Positions 1 to 13,400 of a DNA stretch of 64,000 nucleotides are shown piece by piece. Under the pieces are notes generated by a model. The model did no database searches. It was not told the origin of the DNA and saw nothing but the letters and a program-made list of their open reading frames with translations. This DNA comes from Rickettsiales bacterium (lineage in GTDB: Bacteria > Pseudomonadota > Alphaproteobacteria > G027485855). The DNA lies in NCBI GenBank assembly GCA_027485855.1, contig JAIXQD010000021.1, positions 178,700 through 242,699 of the forward strand. The letters run 5' to 3'. Each line of letters opens with the position of its first letter. Position 1 is the stretch's first letter. Made by a program: the position numbers and the translations under genes.

Positions 1-3000
1 GGGGTAATGCCGCCCAAGCGCAGGCCAGAAGCCACAATCGGCTGGGTTTGCGAGACTAAATCTGCAGCCACCGCAAGGTAAACATCACCCGTGGCGGTAA
101 TACCGTTCACGCCATCAAAACTACCAATATTGTAGCCACCTGCCACAGTTTCATAGAATCTCAGCGAGCCCGTATCGGCGGCCAGTGTTGTAACGACATT
201 GTCGTAACCCACGCCAGCTAATAAATTATAGGAGCCACCCACACCAGTAAGCACCAAACGAGGCGAACTAATGCCTTGGCTTTGTGTGACAGTGCCGCCC
301 GTGGTGAGGTGCAGAGCATTGCTAAGCGTAACACCATTTAGAGCATCAACCGTGCCAATGGCAAAGCCACCATCATCGCGGAAGCGCACCGTGCCGGTAT
401 TAGCAGCCAGCGTGGTGATACCATTATTTTGGGTGTTGAGATCGAAGATGCCGCTCGTACCACTTAGCCGCAGGCCAGATGTGTTTATCGCTTGGCTCTG
501 CGTGACAGTGCCGCTGCTTTGCAACGTAGCAAAGTTGCTGGCAGTAACACCGTTTACACTATCGACTGTGCCAATATCAAAACCCGTATCATCGCGCAAG
601 CGCAGGCTGCCGGTATTGGCGGCTAAAGTCGTGACCTCGTTATTATTGGATTGGAAACTAAAGAGCGCACTCGCACCCGATAGCAAGAGGCTGGGCGTGG
701 TCACGGCTTGGCTCTGTTGGACTGCGGCTGCACTTTGCAAGCTGGCCAAAACTGTGGCGGTGAGGCCAACCACGGTATCAACAGTGGAAATGCTATAGGT
801 GCTATCATCGCGGAAACGCACTGTGCCAGTATTGGCCGCGAGCAAGGTAATAGCATTATTTTGTGTGTTAAGCGTGAAGGTGCCGCCCACGCCAGTTAAT
901 GCCAAGCTGGGCGAATTAATGGCCTGGCTTTGTGTAACCGTGCCCGTGCTGGTAAGACGTATAAGTGTGCTGGAAAGGCCATTCACACCATCGATGGTGC
1001 CAATGGCAAAGCCGGTATTATCTTGGAAACGCACCGTGCCCGCATTGCCCGCAAGGGTGGTGATGGCATTGTTTTGCGTGTTCAGCGTGAAGGTGCCCGT
1101 GCTGCCGCCGGCCAACAACAGGCTTGGCGCTGTAATCGCCTGAGTTTGTGTCACGGTGCCGGGTGTTTGCAGATAGAGCAGGCCCGTAACCGTGATGCCG
1201 TCCGTGATGCCAACTGTGCCAATTTCAAAATTACCAGTATCTTGGAAGCGAACCGTACCCGTATTTGCGGCTAATCTGCCCGTGTTATTCTGTTGTGTGT
1301 GAAGATCAAACACACCGCCCACACCTGTTAGCAGCAGGTTGCCACCAAAAATCGTATCGGTTTGGCTGACTGTGCCGGTGCTTTCCAGCTGCACCCAAGT
1401 GGTGCCACGAAGGCCCGAAATACCATCGACAGTAGCAATGCTAAAACTGCCATCGCGACGGAAGCGCACCGTCGCAACATCGCTGGCTATGGTATCAACA
1501 GCATTACTGAGGCTGTTCAGGTTAAACACACCCACTGCACCTGTCAGCAGTAAGCTGGGTGCCGTAATGGCCGCGCTTTGTGTGACGGTGCCATCGCTTT
1601 GCAGGCGTGCCAGTGTGCTGGCGGTAAGACCACTCACACCATCAGCCGTGCCAATGGCATAACCCGCATCATCGCGGAAACGCACCGTGCCGGTGTTGCC
1701 TGCAAGCGTGTCGAGCGCATTATTATGTGTGTTGAGGTTAAACACACCCGCCGCGCCCATAAGCGCCAGACCGGGCGCCGTGATGATTTGGCTTTGTGTC
1801 ACGGTGCCGGTGCTGGTCAGCCGCGCCTCTGCGCTAACAGTCAGACCATTCACACCATCAACTGTGCCAATATCAAAACCACCATCATCGCGGAAACGCA
1901 CCGTGCCAGCATTAGCCGCCAAGGTATTGATGCTATTATTGTTTGTGTTAAGGGTGAAGACACTACCCAAGCCGCTCAGCACCAAGCTTGGGACATCAAT
2001 AACTTGGCTTTGTGTGACGAGCCCGCTTGACTCTAAATTCAAGAAGTCAGTTAGGAATAGGCCAGAGATGCCCTGCACTTCGGCAATCTCAAAGCTGGAG
2101 TTGGCGAAAATTGCAATACTTTCGGCTTCACCTGCCAGACGCGCAAACTCATTGCCTTCCGTGTTTAAGCGATAGTCGCTGCCAGCGCCGGTCAGAACAA
2201 CATCTGCGGCAAAAAGTGGCGCCGATTGGTCAACCAAGCTCGTAGTTATAAAATAAACGTAATTGTCAGCAGTAAGGCCCGCCACGCCATCAACCGTACC
2301 AATGGTAAAGCCATCAGCATCAGCGAACACCACAGCCCCTGTATCCCCCGCCAAAGTGGTAATGGCATTACCATCACCAAGGATATAAGTGCCAGTACCA
2401 CGCAAAACCAAACCAGGTGAGTTAATCGGCGGGAAGCCAAGCACAGTGCCATTACTCGACAAAGCGGTAAGCGTGGCGGTAGTGATGCCAACCACGCTAT
2501 CTATGTTGCCAATGCCATAATCACCATCCTCACGGAAACGCACCGTGTCGGTATTCGCCGCGAGCGAGCCAATCACATTATCGAGTGTATCAAAGTTAAA
2601 GATACCGCCAGTGCCCGTGAGCAACAGGCCGGACGTGTTGATGATTTGGCTCTGTGTGACTGTGCCGGTGCTTTGTAGACGTGCCAACGTGCTGGCGGTA
2701 AGGCCGCTGACAAAATCAACTGTGCCAATAGCAAAGCTGCTGTCGTTGCGGAAGCGCACGGTGCCCGTATCGCTGGCCAGCGTGTCGATGTTGTTATTTT
2801 GCGTATTCAGGTTGAAAACACCGCCCGCGCCCGTCAGCACCAAGCCGGGTGTAGCAATGATTTGGCTTTGCGTGACAGTGCCGGTGCTTTGTAGACGCAC
2901 CAACGTGTTGGCGTTGATGCCGCTGATGCTTTCATCGACGGTGCCAATTTCATAATCACCATCTTCACGGAAGCGCACAATCTCGGTATCGGCCGCAAGC

Positions 3001-6000
3001 GTGGTGATACTGTTATTTTGTGTGTTCAAGTCAAAAACACCGCCAACGCCCAGCAGCAGCAGGTTGGACGCAACGATTGGCTTAAGTTGAGAAATCGAGC
3101 CGGCGCTGATACCAAAGTTGGTCAGTTGCAGCAGATCTGTGACGGTAATGCCTTGGTTTGCGTCATCCAGTGTATTCGTAATGATGAAGCCGTTATCATC
3201 GCGCAGACGCAAAGTACCAGTATCCGCACCAAAGAAAGAAATAGTGTTGTTAAGGCCGCTCAGGTTAAACACGCCGCCCGCGCCAGCCAAACCAAGAATG
3301 ATTGTGCCAATCGTATTGCTCTGTGTCACGGTGCCCGTGCTGACAAGCCTGATATACGACGCCGATGACAGACCGCTTACACCATCAAGCGTGCCAATGG
3401 CATAGTCGCCATCTTCGCGGAAACGCACGGTATTGGCACTGGTTGCCAGAGTGTCGATGCTGTTATTTTGCGTATCAAGGTTAAAGAATCCGACCGTGCC
3501 CTCGAGCACCAAGCCAGGTGTGGTAATAGCCTGACTTTGCGTAACGAAACCAGGCACGCCGGCCGTTTCAAGGCGCGCCAGAGTGGTAGTGGTAAGGCCG
3601 CTCACGCCATCGACCGTGGCAATGTCATAATCGTCACGATCGCGGTAGCGCACCGTGCCGGTATTGGCCGCAAGGTTGATTATGTCATTACTGCTCTGGG
3701 TGTTGAGCGTAAAGACGCCGCCCACGCCCGTGAGCAACAGGCCTGTCGTGGTGATGGGTTGAATTTGCGTGACTGTGCCGGTGCTTTCTAGGCGCACCAG
3801 CGTGCTCGCACCGAGGCCGTTCACACCATCTACGCTGCCAATGGCATAATTACCATCTTCACGGAAACGCACAGTGTCCGTGTTACTTGCCAGCGTGGTG
3901 ATGCTGTTGTTTTGTGTGTTAAGAGTAAACACACCACCCACACCCGTCAGCGCCAAGCTGGGTGCGGTGATAAGCTGACTTTGCGTGACGGTGCCCGTGC
4001 TGTACAGGCGGGCCAGCGTGGTCGCCGTAATACCACTCACAGTATCAACCGTACCAATCACATAATCACCATCCTCACGGAAAAGCACAGTGTCGGAGTT
4101 GGCCGCCAGTGTGGTGATGGTGTTGTTGTTGCTATTGAGGTTAAAAATGCCGCCTGTGCCGCTCAGCAATAAGCTGGGCGCGGTGATGGCCTGTGTTTGT
4201 GTGACCGTGCCCGCGCTTTGCAGGCGTGCCAAGGTGCTGGCGGTAAGACCATTCACACTATCCACCGTGCCAATGGCATAACCCGTATCATCACGGAAAC
4301 GCACTGTGCCGGTATTTGTGGCAAGAGTGGTAATAACATTATCTTGTGAATTCAGTGTAAACGTGCCAGCTGAACCACCTGTCAGCAGCAGGCTAGGCGC
4401 GGTGATGACTCGGCTCTGCGTGACCGTGCCGGTGCTTTGCAGGCGCGCCAGATCTGTTACGGTCAGACCATTTACGCTATCCACGCTGCTAATGACATAA
4501 TTCCCATCTTCGCGGAAACGCACCGTGCCCGTATTCGCTGCCAAATTATCGATTGCGTTACCAGTAGTATTAAGATTATAGATGCCGCCGACGCCCCTCA
4601 AAGCGAGGGCAGTTGCAAAGATAGGGTGCGTTTGCGTAACAGTGCCCGTGCTGCTGAGGCGTACTGTCGTCGCCGTCAAGCCACTGATTCCACCAGCTGA
4701 ACCAATTATATAATTACCATCCTCACCGAAACGCACCGTGGTTGTGTTGGCCGACAATGTGCCAATTGTGTTACTTTGTGTATCAAGGTTAAAGATGCCG
4801 AACGAGCCCGACAGTGCCAAGCCCGTTGAATTAATGGCCTGCGATTGCGTAACCGAACTTGTAGTTTCCAAGCGTAACAGGGTGGTTGTTGTAGCGCCAT
4901 TCACACCATCCACACTGCCAATCGCATAACCACCATCTTCACGGAAACGCACCGTATTGGTATCAGCCGCAAGGGTAGAAATAGAATTGTTTAGTGAATT
5001 GAGAGTGAAGCTCCCCCCAGTGCCGGTGAGCAACAGGCTGGGCGCGAAAACAGTATGGCCTTGCGTGACCGTACCGGTGCTTTCAAGCCGCACCAAGCTC
5101 GTAGCGACAAGGCCGTTCGTACCATCCACGCTGCCAATGGTATAATTACCATCCTCACGGAAACGCACCGTGCCAGTATTGGCCGCAAGCGTGCTGATGG
5201 TGTTGTTGTTGCTATTGAGGTTAAAAATGCCGCCTGTGCCGCTCAGCAACAAGCTGGGCGCAGCAATGGCCTCTGTTTGTGTGACCGTGCCCGTGCTTTG
5301 CAAGCGCGCTAGCGTGGCAACGGTAAGGCCGGTTACACTATCGACTGTGCCAATGGCATAGTCACCATCTTCACGGAGGCGCACCGTGTCGGTGTTACCT
5401 GCCAGGGTCGTAATGCTATTATTCTGGGTGTTTAATGTAAACACACCCGCCGCGCCCATAAGCGCCAGACCGGGTGCCGTGATGATTTGGCTTTGCGTGA
5501 CTGTGCCTGTGCTTTCAAGACGCGCCAAACCCGTTACGGTAAGGCCGCTCACACTATCGACTGTACCAATCACATAATCACCATCTTCACGGAAACGCAC
5601 AGTCTCGGTGTTGCTGGCCAGCGTGGTGATGGCATTGTTTTGCGTGTTTAGCGTGAAGATGCCCGCCACACCCGACAACAGTAAGGAAGGTGTCGTGATG
5701 ACATGTGTTTGTATGACTGTGCCCGTGCTTTCCAAACGCGCCAACGTGCTGGCGGTAAGGCCATTCACACTATCGACTGCGGCAATGGCAAAGCCACCAT
5801 CATCGCGGAAGCGCACGGTGGCCGTATCTGCAGCCAGCTGATTAACCGAGTTATTTTGTGTATTGAAGGTAAAGGTGCCGCCAGCGCCGGTCAGCAACAG
5901 ACCAGACACACTAATACTTTGACTCTGCGTGACTGTGCCAGTCGTTTGCAGGCGTGCTGTGCCCGCGGTAAGACCATTCACACTATCGACGGTACCAATA

Positions 6001-9000
6001 GCAAAGCCATCATCATCGCGGAAACGCACTATACCCGTATTAGATGCAAGAGTGTTGATGACATTGTTTTGTGTGTTGAGGTCAAAAGTACCGGGCAACC
6101 CCATCAGCACGAGGCTGGGTGTGGTGATAACCTGACTTTGCGTGACCGTGCCATCGGTTTGCAGACGCGCCAGTGTAGTGGCAGTGATACCGCTCACACT
6201 ATCAACAGTACCGATAGCAAAGCCGTCAACATCGCGCAGGCGCACAAAGGCACCTTCAGCGGCAACAGTAGTGAGATAATTACCCAGACGATGCAGGTTA
6301 TAAGTAGAGCCGGCGCCGCGCAGCACCAAATTATTCACCACCAGCTCACCCAAATTATCCGTGCTTGATTGGTCGATAGTACCGCTCGTGGTCAACGCCA
6401 ATATTCCTGAAACATGGAGCTGCTCAACTGCCGCCCCCGACTGTGACTGGGTTATGGTAAAGCCATCATCATCGCGCAGATAAATGTTAGCTGTGTTGCC
6501 TTGCACCCGCACGGCATTGTTATTTATGCCGGCGAAATTGAAAGTGCCACTAGCGCCCGTGAGTGTCAGGTCGGCAGTATTAATCGCCTCAGTCTGGGTG
6601 ACATTGGCATTGCCCGACAACCACAGACGATCGGTAGTGGTGATGCCAGCAACCCCCTCAACAACACCAATATCATAGGTCGTATCTTCATGCAGGAACA
6701 AGAAAGCAGCATTGGCCGCAACCGTGCCAAAATTATTGAACCCGTTGGCCGGCATACTGAAACTACCGGTCAAGAATAAGGCTTCAGGGGCGCGGACAGC
6801 ACCCGTATTATCAACCACCGACACGTTGCTGGCGGTGGTACTGAGAATGAGGCGCCCTGTTACATCAAAGCTGTAATCATCATCCGGCGTGGGCAGCGCG
6901 CGCAACTGCATAAAGCTGCTGGTATTGACATGGATATTACTTGCCTTGCCGCGAACATTATTAATGAGATTGCCCGCATGGTCGATAATGTAGTTACCGC
7001 TGCCACCATCACCCAGTAGCGTCAGCAAATCAGTATCAACCTGCTGGGTTTGCGTGACATTGCCGGCCGTGCGTAGCAACAACTCACCCAGTGTGGTGGC
7101 GCCGACCACATCATCGACTGTGTCTATATCATAGCCATTATCGTCGCGGAAAAAGACCTCGCCGGTATTGGCAGCTAAATCGGTGATGCTGTTGCTGATG
7201 CTATCAAGCGCAAAGATACCGCCCGTGCCACTCAGCGCCAAGCCCAGAGTGGTGATTGGCGCGCCAGCCGCCTGCGTGACTGTGCCGCTGGTGATGAAAT
7301 GTATCAGCGTTGTGGCGTCCATATCATATGGGCCAATATCATCAATGGTAAAGCCATCATCATCGCGGAAGCGCAAGGTAACAACATTGGCGGCAAGAGT
7401 GTTGGTGTTATTATTTTGTGTGTGCAGGCTGAATGTGCCAGCACCACCCAAAGCATAAAGGGCAAGGCTATTGGCAACCACCGCTTGGCTTTGCGTTACC
7501 GTACCGCTTGCACCAAAAGCGATAGCACCTGTTACTGTAACGCCGCTCACCCCATCAACCGTGCCAATCTCTGTTGCGCCAAGGTTTAAATTCTCAATTG
7601 TGAAAGCAGCAGTATCGGCCGCCAAAGTGTTGAATTCTAGATTGGTGAGGTTAAACGCACCGCCCGCGCCGCCCAGCACCAAGCCATCGGTGGTAAGGGG
7701 TTGGGTTTGCGTGACCGTACCCGCAGTCTCAAGACGGGTGATGCCGCTTGTGGTGATGCCCGCAAAGCCATCGGCCGTGCTCACTTCATAATTATTATCG
7801 CGGCGGAAGCGCACGGTGCCGGTACTGGCAGCAATAAAATCTACGCTATTACTCACACTATTTAAGCTGAATACGCCATCCGTGCCAAGCATCGCCAATT
7901 CAGGCGTAATGATGGATTGAGTTTGCGTAACAGTGCCGCTGCTGAGCAAACGCACAACGGTAGTAGCGGTAATACCATTAACTGTGTCAACTGTGCCAAT
8001 ATCAAAGCCCGTATCATCGCGGAAACGCAGGTAATCAGCTGATGCAGCAAGGGTGCCAACATTATTATCGCTTGTATTTAAATTATAGATACCCGTGGCG
8101 CCCGTGAGCAACAGGTTGCCCGCATTAATCGCCGCATCCTGCATCACCAGAGACGTTGTATCAAATGCAGCAACGCTGCTTGCGGTTACGCCTTCAACGC
8201 CATCGACCGTTGTCACCATAAAACCGTCATCATCGCGCAAACGCACCGTGCCGGTATTGGCGGCGAGATTAGTGATTGTAACGCTGCTGTCAGCAAAGTT
8301 ATAGATGCCGTCTACACCAGCCAGCACCAGGCTCGGCGTATTGACCGCACCGAAAGTTCGCGTGACTGTGCCACTAGTGATGAGATGCGCCAGCACTGCG
8401 GCATCGATCCCCTCGGCCGCGCCTAAATCATCGAGCGCAAAGCCATTATCATCGCGGAAGCGCACTGTCGCAACATCGGTGGCAAATTGATTAACATCGT
8501 TATTTTGTGTGTGGAGGTTAAATGTGCCCTCGCCTGTAGCCAAGCCAGCCAGCAATAAGCGACTGGATATAATAGCCTGGCTTTGCGTGACTGTGTCAGA
8601 CGAAATAAGATTGGTTCTGCTCACCGTGGTAATGCCACTCACCCCATCAACCGTGCCAATATCTAAGACAGAAGCCGCGGTTTTTCTAATGCGGATGATA
8701 TCGGTATCTGCAGCCAAGGTCGCAACATCGACATTGGCAACATTAAGGTTAAACGTGCCGCCTGCACCGGTCAGCAGCAGCCCATTCGTGGTGATGTCAT
8801 CAACTTGCGTGACAATAGCCGTGCTGTGCAGCCGCAGCAAAGAGGTCGTGGTCATGCCAACCACACCATCGGCAGTGCCAAGGCTGTAATTATCATCATT
8901 GCGGAAACGCACGGTGGCTGTATCGGCCGCGAGCACAGCCACGTCATTATTCTGGCTATTGAGGCTAAAGATGCCATCCGTGCCCAGCAGCGCCAATTCG

Positions 9001-10450
9001 GGCGCAGTAATAATCCGGCTTTGCGTGACTGTGCCGGCGCTGACCAAGCGCGCAACGCCCGTAACCTTGATGCCATCAACACCATCAACCGACCCAATAG
9101 CAAAGCCGCTATCATCGCGGAAGCGCACGGTGCCGGCATCGGCCGCCAGCGTGCTGATGGCATTGTTCGAACTATTCAGATTAAAGACGCCGCCCACGCC
9201 AACCAGCGCCAATTCAGGCGCACTAACAATCTGGGTTTGTGTGACAGTGCCGATGCTGACCAAGCCCAAAGCGGTGGAAGCGGTGATGCCATTCGTACCA
9301 CTGACCGAGCCAACGTCAAATCCGTCATTGGCTCTAAAATACAAGGTACCGGTATTAGCCGCCACTGTGCCAACAGAATTATTGGAATAGGTTAGAATGA
9401 AAACACCGTTCGCGCCGGTGAGCAGCAAACCGGGTGCGGTGATACCAAAATTATTTGTCACAATCCCCGAGCTAACCAGATGTGTCAGCGCTGTGGTGAT
9501 AATGCCATCGGTGGAACCTACCGTGCCAACGTCAAAGCCGTTATCATCACGGAATTGCAGTGTCTCAACCGTCGCGGCCAGCGAGTTGATGTCGTTATTT
9601 TGTGTATTGAGGTTGAAGGTGCCATCGTTAGCAAAGGTGCCCATGCCGCCCAATTCCAGCCCTTGCGCAATAATGGGCTGGCTTTGCGAAATGGTGCCAG
9701 AGGTAAACAGCGCAACATTGCCCGTAGCGGTGACACCATCGACACCATCGACCGTGCCGATTGCAGCAGGGATGGCAATCGGGTTAGCTATATCAACCGT
9801 GCGGGCATTAGCCGCAAGAGTGACAAAGGCAGCGGACAGAATAAAATCGCCATCCGTGCCGGTGAGCAGCAATTCTGGCGCTAAAATACCAAAGCCGACG
9901 CCCGTCGTGACAGCGCCGTCACTTTGCAGACGCAAGAGTTGTGAAACATCGATATCGTTGAGACCATCGGCGCTGTTGATCTGGTAGCCATTATCATCGC
10001 GGAAGCGCACTGTGCCGGCGCTGGCAGCCAAAAGGTCGATAGCATTATTGTTGCTGTTGAGATTAAATATACCGCCAACACCGAGCAGTGCCAATTCAGG
10101 GGCGGTAATAACGCGATTTTGCGAAACTGTGCCCGTGCTGACCAAACGCGTAGCACCCGTTGTAGTAATGCCAACCACACCATCAAGCGCACCAATGGTG
10201 TAACCACCATCATCGCGGAAACGCACTATGCCGGTATCGGCCGCTAGCGTGGTGATAACATTGTTTTGTGTATTAAGGTCGAAGACGCCGCCCACACCGC
10301 TCAGCACCAAACTCGGCGCGATAACTCTAGCCGATTGTGTAATCGTGCCAGTGGTGTCGATACGCAGCAGGCTGGCAGTAATGCCGTTTGTGCCATCCAC
10401 CGTGTTAATATCAAATACGCCATTCAGGCGCACCGTGCCCGTGCTGCTGG
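1..10450 (-). repeat. ~216-bp (72-aa) intragenic repeat array, roughly 48 units, consensus like N.ITTLAANTGTVRFRDD.G..IGTVDG.NG.T....L....GTVTQ.Q.ITAP.L.L.G.GG.F.L
   Basis: Motif atcatcgcggaa(g/a)cgcaccgtgcc recurs at about 372, 590, 805, 1021, 1240, 1452, 1670, 1885 ... 9992, 10208 with ~216-bp spacing. Confidence 0.9.
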
Positions 10451-13400
10451 CAGCAAGGTTGGTGGTAGAGATACTGAGATTACTGAGGTCGATGCTGCGG
10501 CCACGCACCGCAAAATTGGTGATGCCCGAAAGTGAACTGCTGGCCACCGAAGTAATATCTGCGCCGGTATCCGTGCCGGTGAATACCGAGAGCGTAGCAA
10601 TACCCGTGGGCGCAAGAGTGCCGCTGAATTGAATGGGGTTGCTGTAGCTGATGCTGCCAATGCGCAATGTGCCCGTGGTGGTAAAGCCAGCCAACTCTGC
10701 CGCACTAATTTCAAGTGAATTAGCGGTGGTGTCCGCCGCGCTACCAATACGGATGGTGTGTGTATTTTCCGTGGTAATGGGCGCCAAAGTAAACACGGCG
10801 CTTCGATAGCTGCCATCATTCAGTGCCATACTATCGGCATTAATCCTGGCGCTGCCGCCACCCGAAGGCGTGCGCACTGTGCCGCAATTGGTGGTGTAGC
10901 ACAAAAAGCCCACATTGCCCGTGCCGCCCGGCAACTCCACTGTGCCAGTCACACCACCGCTGCCCGCAATGCCGTTAATGTTAATGGTGCCGTTACCGGT
11001 GGCCTCAATAAGCGCGTTGTTTTGTAAACGCACCCCCGCCTGCAAGTCGGTGTTATTGTTATTACCATTACCGTTGATACCACCCGTGCCCTCCAGGGCA
11101 ATTGTGCCGGTGGTGGTGGTTAAGCTCGTGCCGGACAGCCAAATACCCGTAGCTTCAGCAGCACTGGTTGTGCCAGTACCACCCACGCCCGTCATAAAAA
11201 TATTGCTATTGGTGCTAAAACTACTGTCTTGCAGATAAATACCACTCAGCGCAAATGCGCCCGATTGTGCGCCACGCCCACGCAAGGAAATAGCCCCCGT
11301 GTCGGTGATGACCGTGGTGTTGCGCATATAAATGCCAGCATTGCTCGCGTCACCCTCTGCCCAACCGGCGCTGAACAAGCTGCCTGTGCCACCACCCACC
11401 ACAAACGTGCCGGTGGAGGTATCAATCGTGGTCGGCGTCACGCTGCCGCCAATAACCACACCGCCACCACCCACGCCATCGCGGTCAGCACGCAAATTCA
11501 GGTTAAGTGCGCCACCTAAGCTGCTAACGGTAACACCTTGCGTGATGGTGATATAGCCTGCCGCTTCAAACGACACGGTTTGTGCGGTGCCGTCGCGCTT
11601 AGTGATGTTGCCCTGAAAGAGCAGCTCTTGGTTGGCGCCCCGCACTTGAATAGAGAGGTCATTACTCGCCGGCAGAAACACCGGGTTACCAAAGCTAAGA
11701 CTATTATTGACGATAAACTGCTCACCATCGATGCTGATGGTTGAGGCCGAGCCGAAATCAACACTATCAAGAATTTGCGTATTACCAACACTACGGCCGA
11801 AAAATGCTGTGCCCGTGGTGTCAAGGATAAGCGACGAAATATTTGAGCTGTCGGCCGAATTAAGCAGACCACCAAAGGTGATGTCGGACGCGCCAGAGGT
11901 CAGAGTAATGCCGCCAATATTACGCAACAGCACATCGTTGCTGAAAAATATCGAGCCAGACGTGCCCGTACGCGTGGTGTTTATATCAGCTTCTAAGGTG
12001 ATGTCTCCGATGGACTCAAAACTGCCGCCAAATGTGTTAAATGTGGTGCGAATGTTGCTTTGGCCACCGCCAGAGGAATCGCTATCGGCATCTAAAATAA
12101 TATTCAGCCCATCGCCCGTGCCAGTATCGCTGTCAATAATGGCGCCATCAATGGTGATGTTATTATGCGCTCTCAGCTGCAATGTGCGGCTGCTCAGCGT
12201 GTCAATATCAAGGTTGGCCCCCGCCAACCAAGTGATATTTCCTGCGCCAGCGCCTGCCGCTGCGGTGCTGATACTGACATCACTGGTAATGAGCGCTGCA
12301 CGAATAGTGCCAACACTCACTTGCGCCGTGCCAGCCGATGTAGGAATTAAATCAGGGAAGTCGGGGCTGGGCGTGTAGCTGTCAGTGGCGGCGGTAATCT
12401 CGATATTGGTGGGGTCGAGCAGCCATTCGCCGACGCGGCCTAAGGGCGCTGCGGTGCTGATGCTGGCGGGGTTTATATCTATCCAACCACCCGATGTTTC
12501 AATAAAGCCGCCATTGCCGCCCTGGGCGCCGCCCTGAGCGCTGGCTGAACCATAAAAACGCGTAGCATCGTCCGACCAAATAATAACATGGCCACCATTG
12601 CCGTTGTTGGTAGCATCACTGCGCAAGCTGGCCGTACTGCCGACAAACACCGCTTTGGCATTAGGTATATTTTCCTGTTGGCGTAGCCTTTGGGCAGGCG
12701 CACGGCCACCCATGCGGTCGCCGCCTACAAAAATATCGCCGCCGCCCGTGGCACCGCTGGCATCCACAGCGCCGCCATTATAAATGGCAATTTGCTCACC
12801 CAATAAACGCGCTTCGCCGCCCTTATTGTTGGCGCCGCTCACAGCAATTTTGCCCGTATGGTCAATACGGCCCTCGGCTTGCAAGGTAACAGTGCCACCG
12901 CTGCCATTAGCGTTATTAGCGGCAATGGTGCCGCTGTTTTGAATATTTCTGCCGGTCAGCCACACTTCGCCCTGGCGCTGCTCAACGCCTGTGGCGCGCA
13001 CCACACCCTGCTGATTATTGCCCAAGGCAAACACATTGCCGCCCGCGGCGTTTAACTCGGCCCGCACGGCCTCAATGCTGCCGCTATTGCTCACACGGCC
13101 ATCGGCACGGGGCTCAACCTTAAGCCCGCCCACTTGTGTATCTTGCAGGGTAAAGCCATTGCCGGCGGCCAATGTAGCATCGCCCTTGGGTGCGCTGATA
13201 CGGCCGGTATTTTCAACCTCACGCGCCAACAAATATATGCTGCCATGCGCGGCTTCAATGGTGCCGCTATTGCGCACACTGGCTGCACTATTACCGCTCA
13301 GCTGAATGGCGCCGCCATTGAGAAAATCAGTGTCGGTGATATTTTTGGTGCTGGCAATAAAATCGCCGCCCGTATGTACACGCCCCTCAGCGCCAATCAA

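Noticed and set aside
1-10450. Regularly spaced ~25-bp motif resembling a CRISPR array
   Set aside because: Spacing ~216 bp, degenerate at third codon positions, in frame within a CDS; no cas genes.
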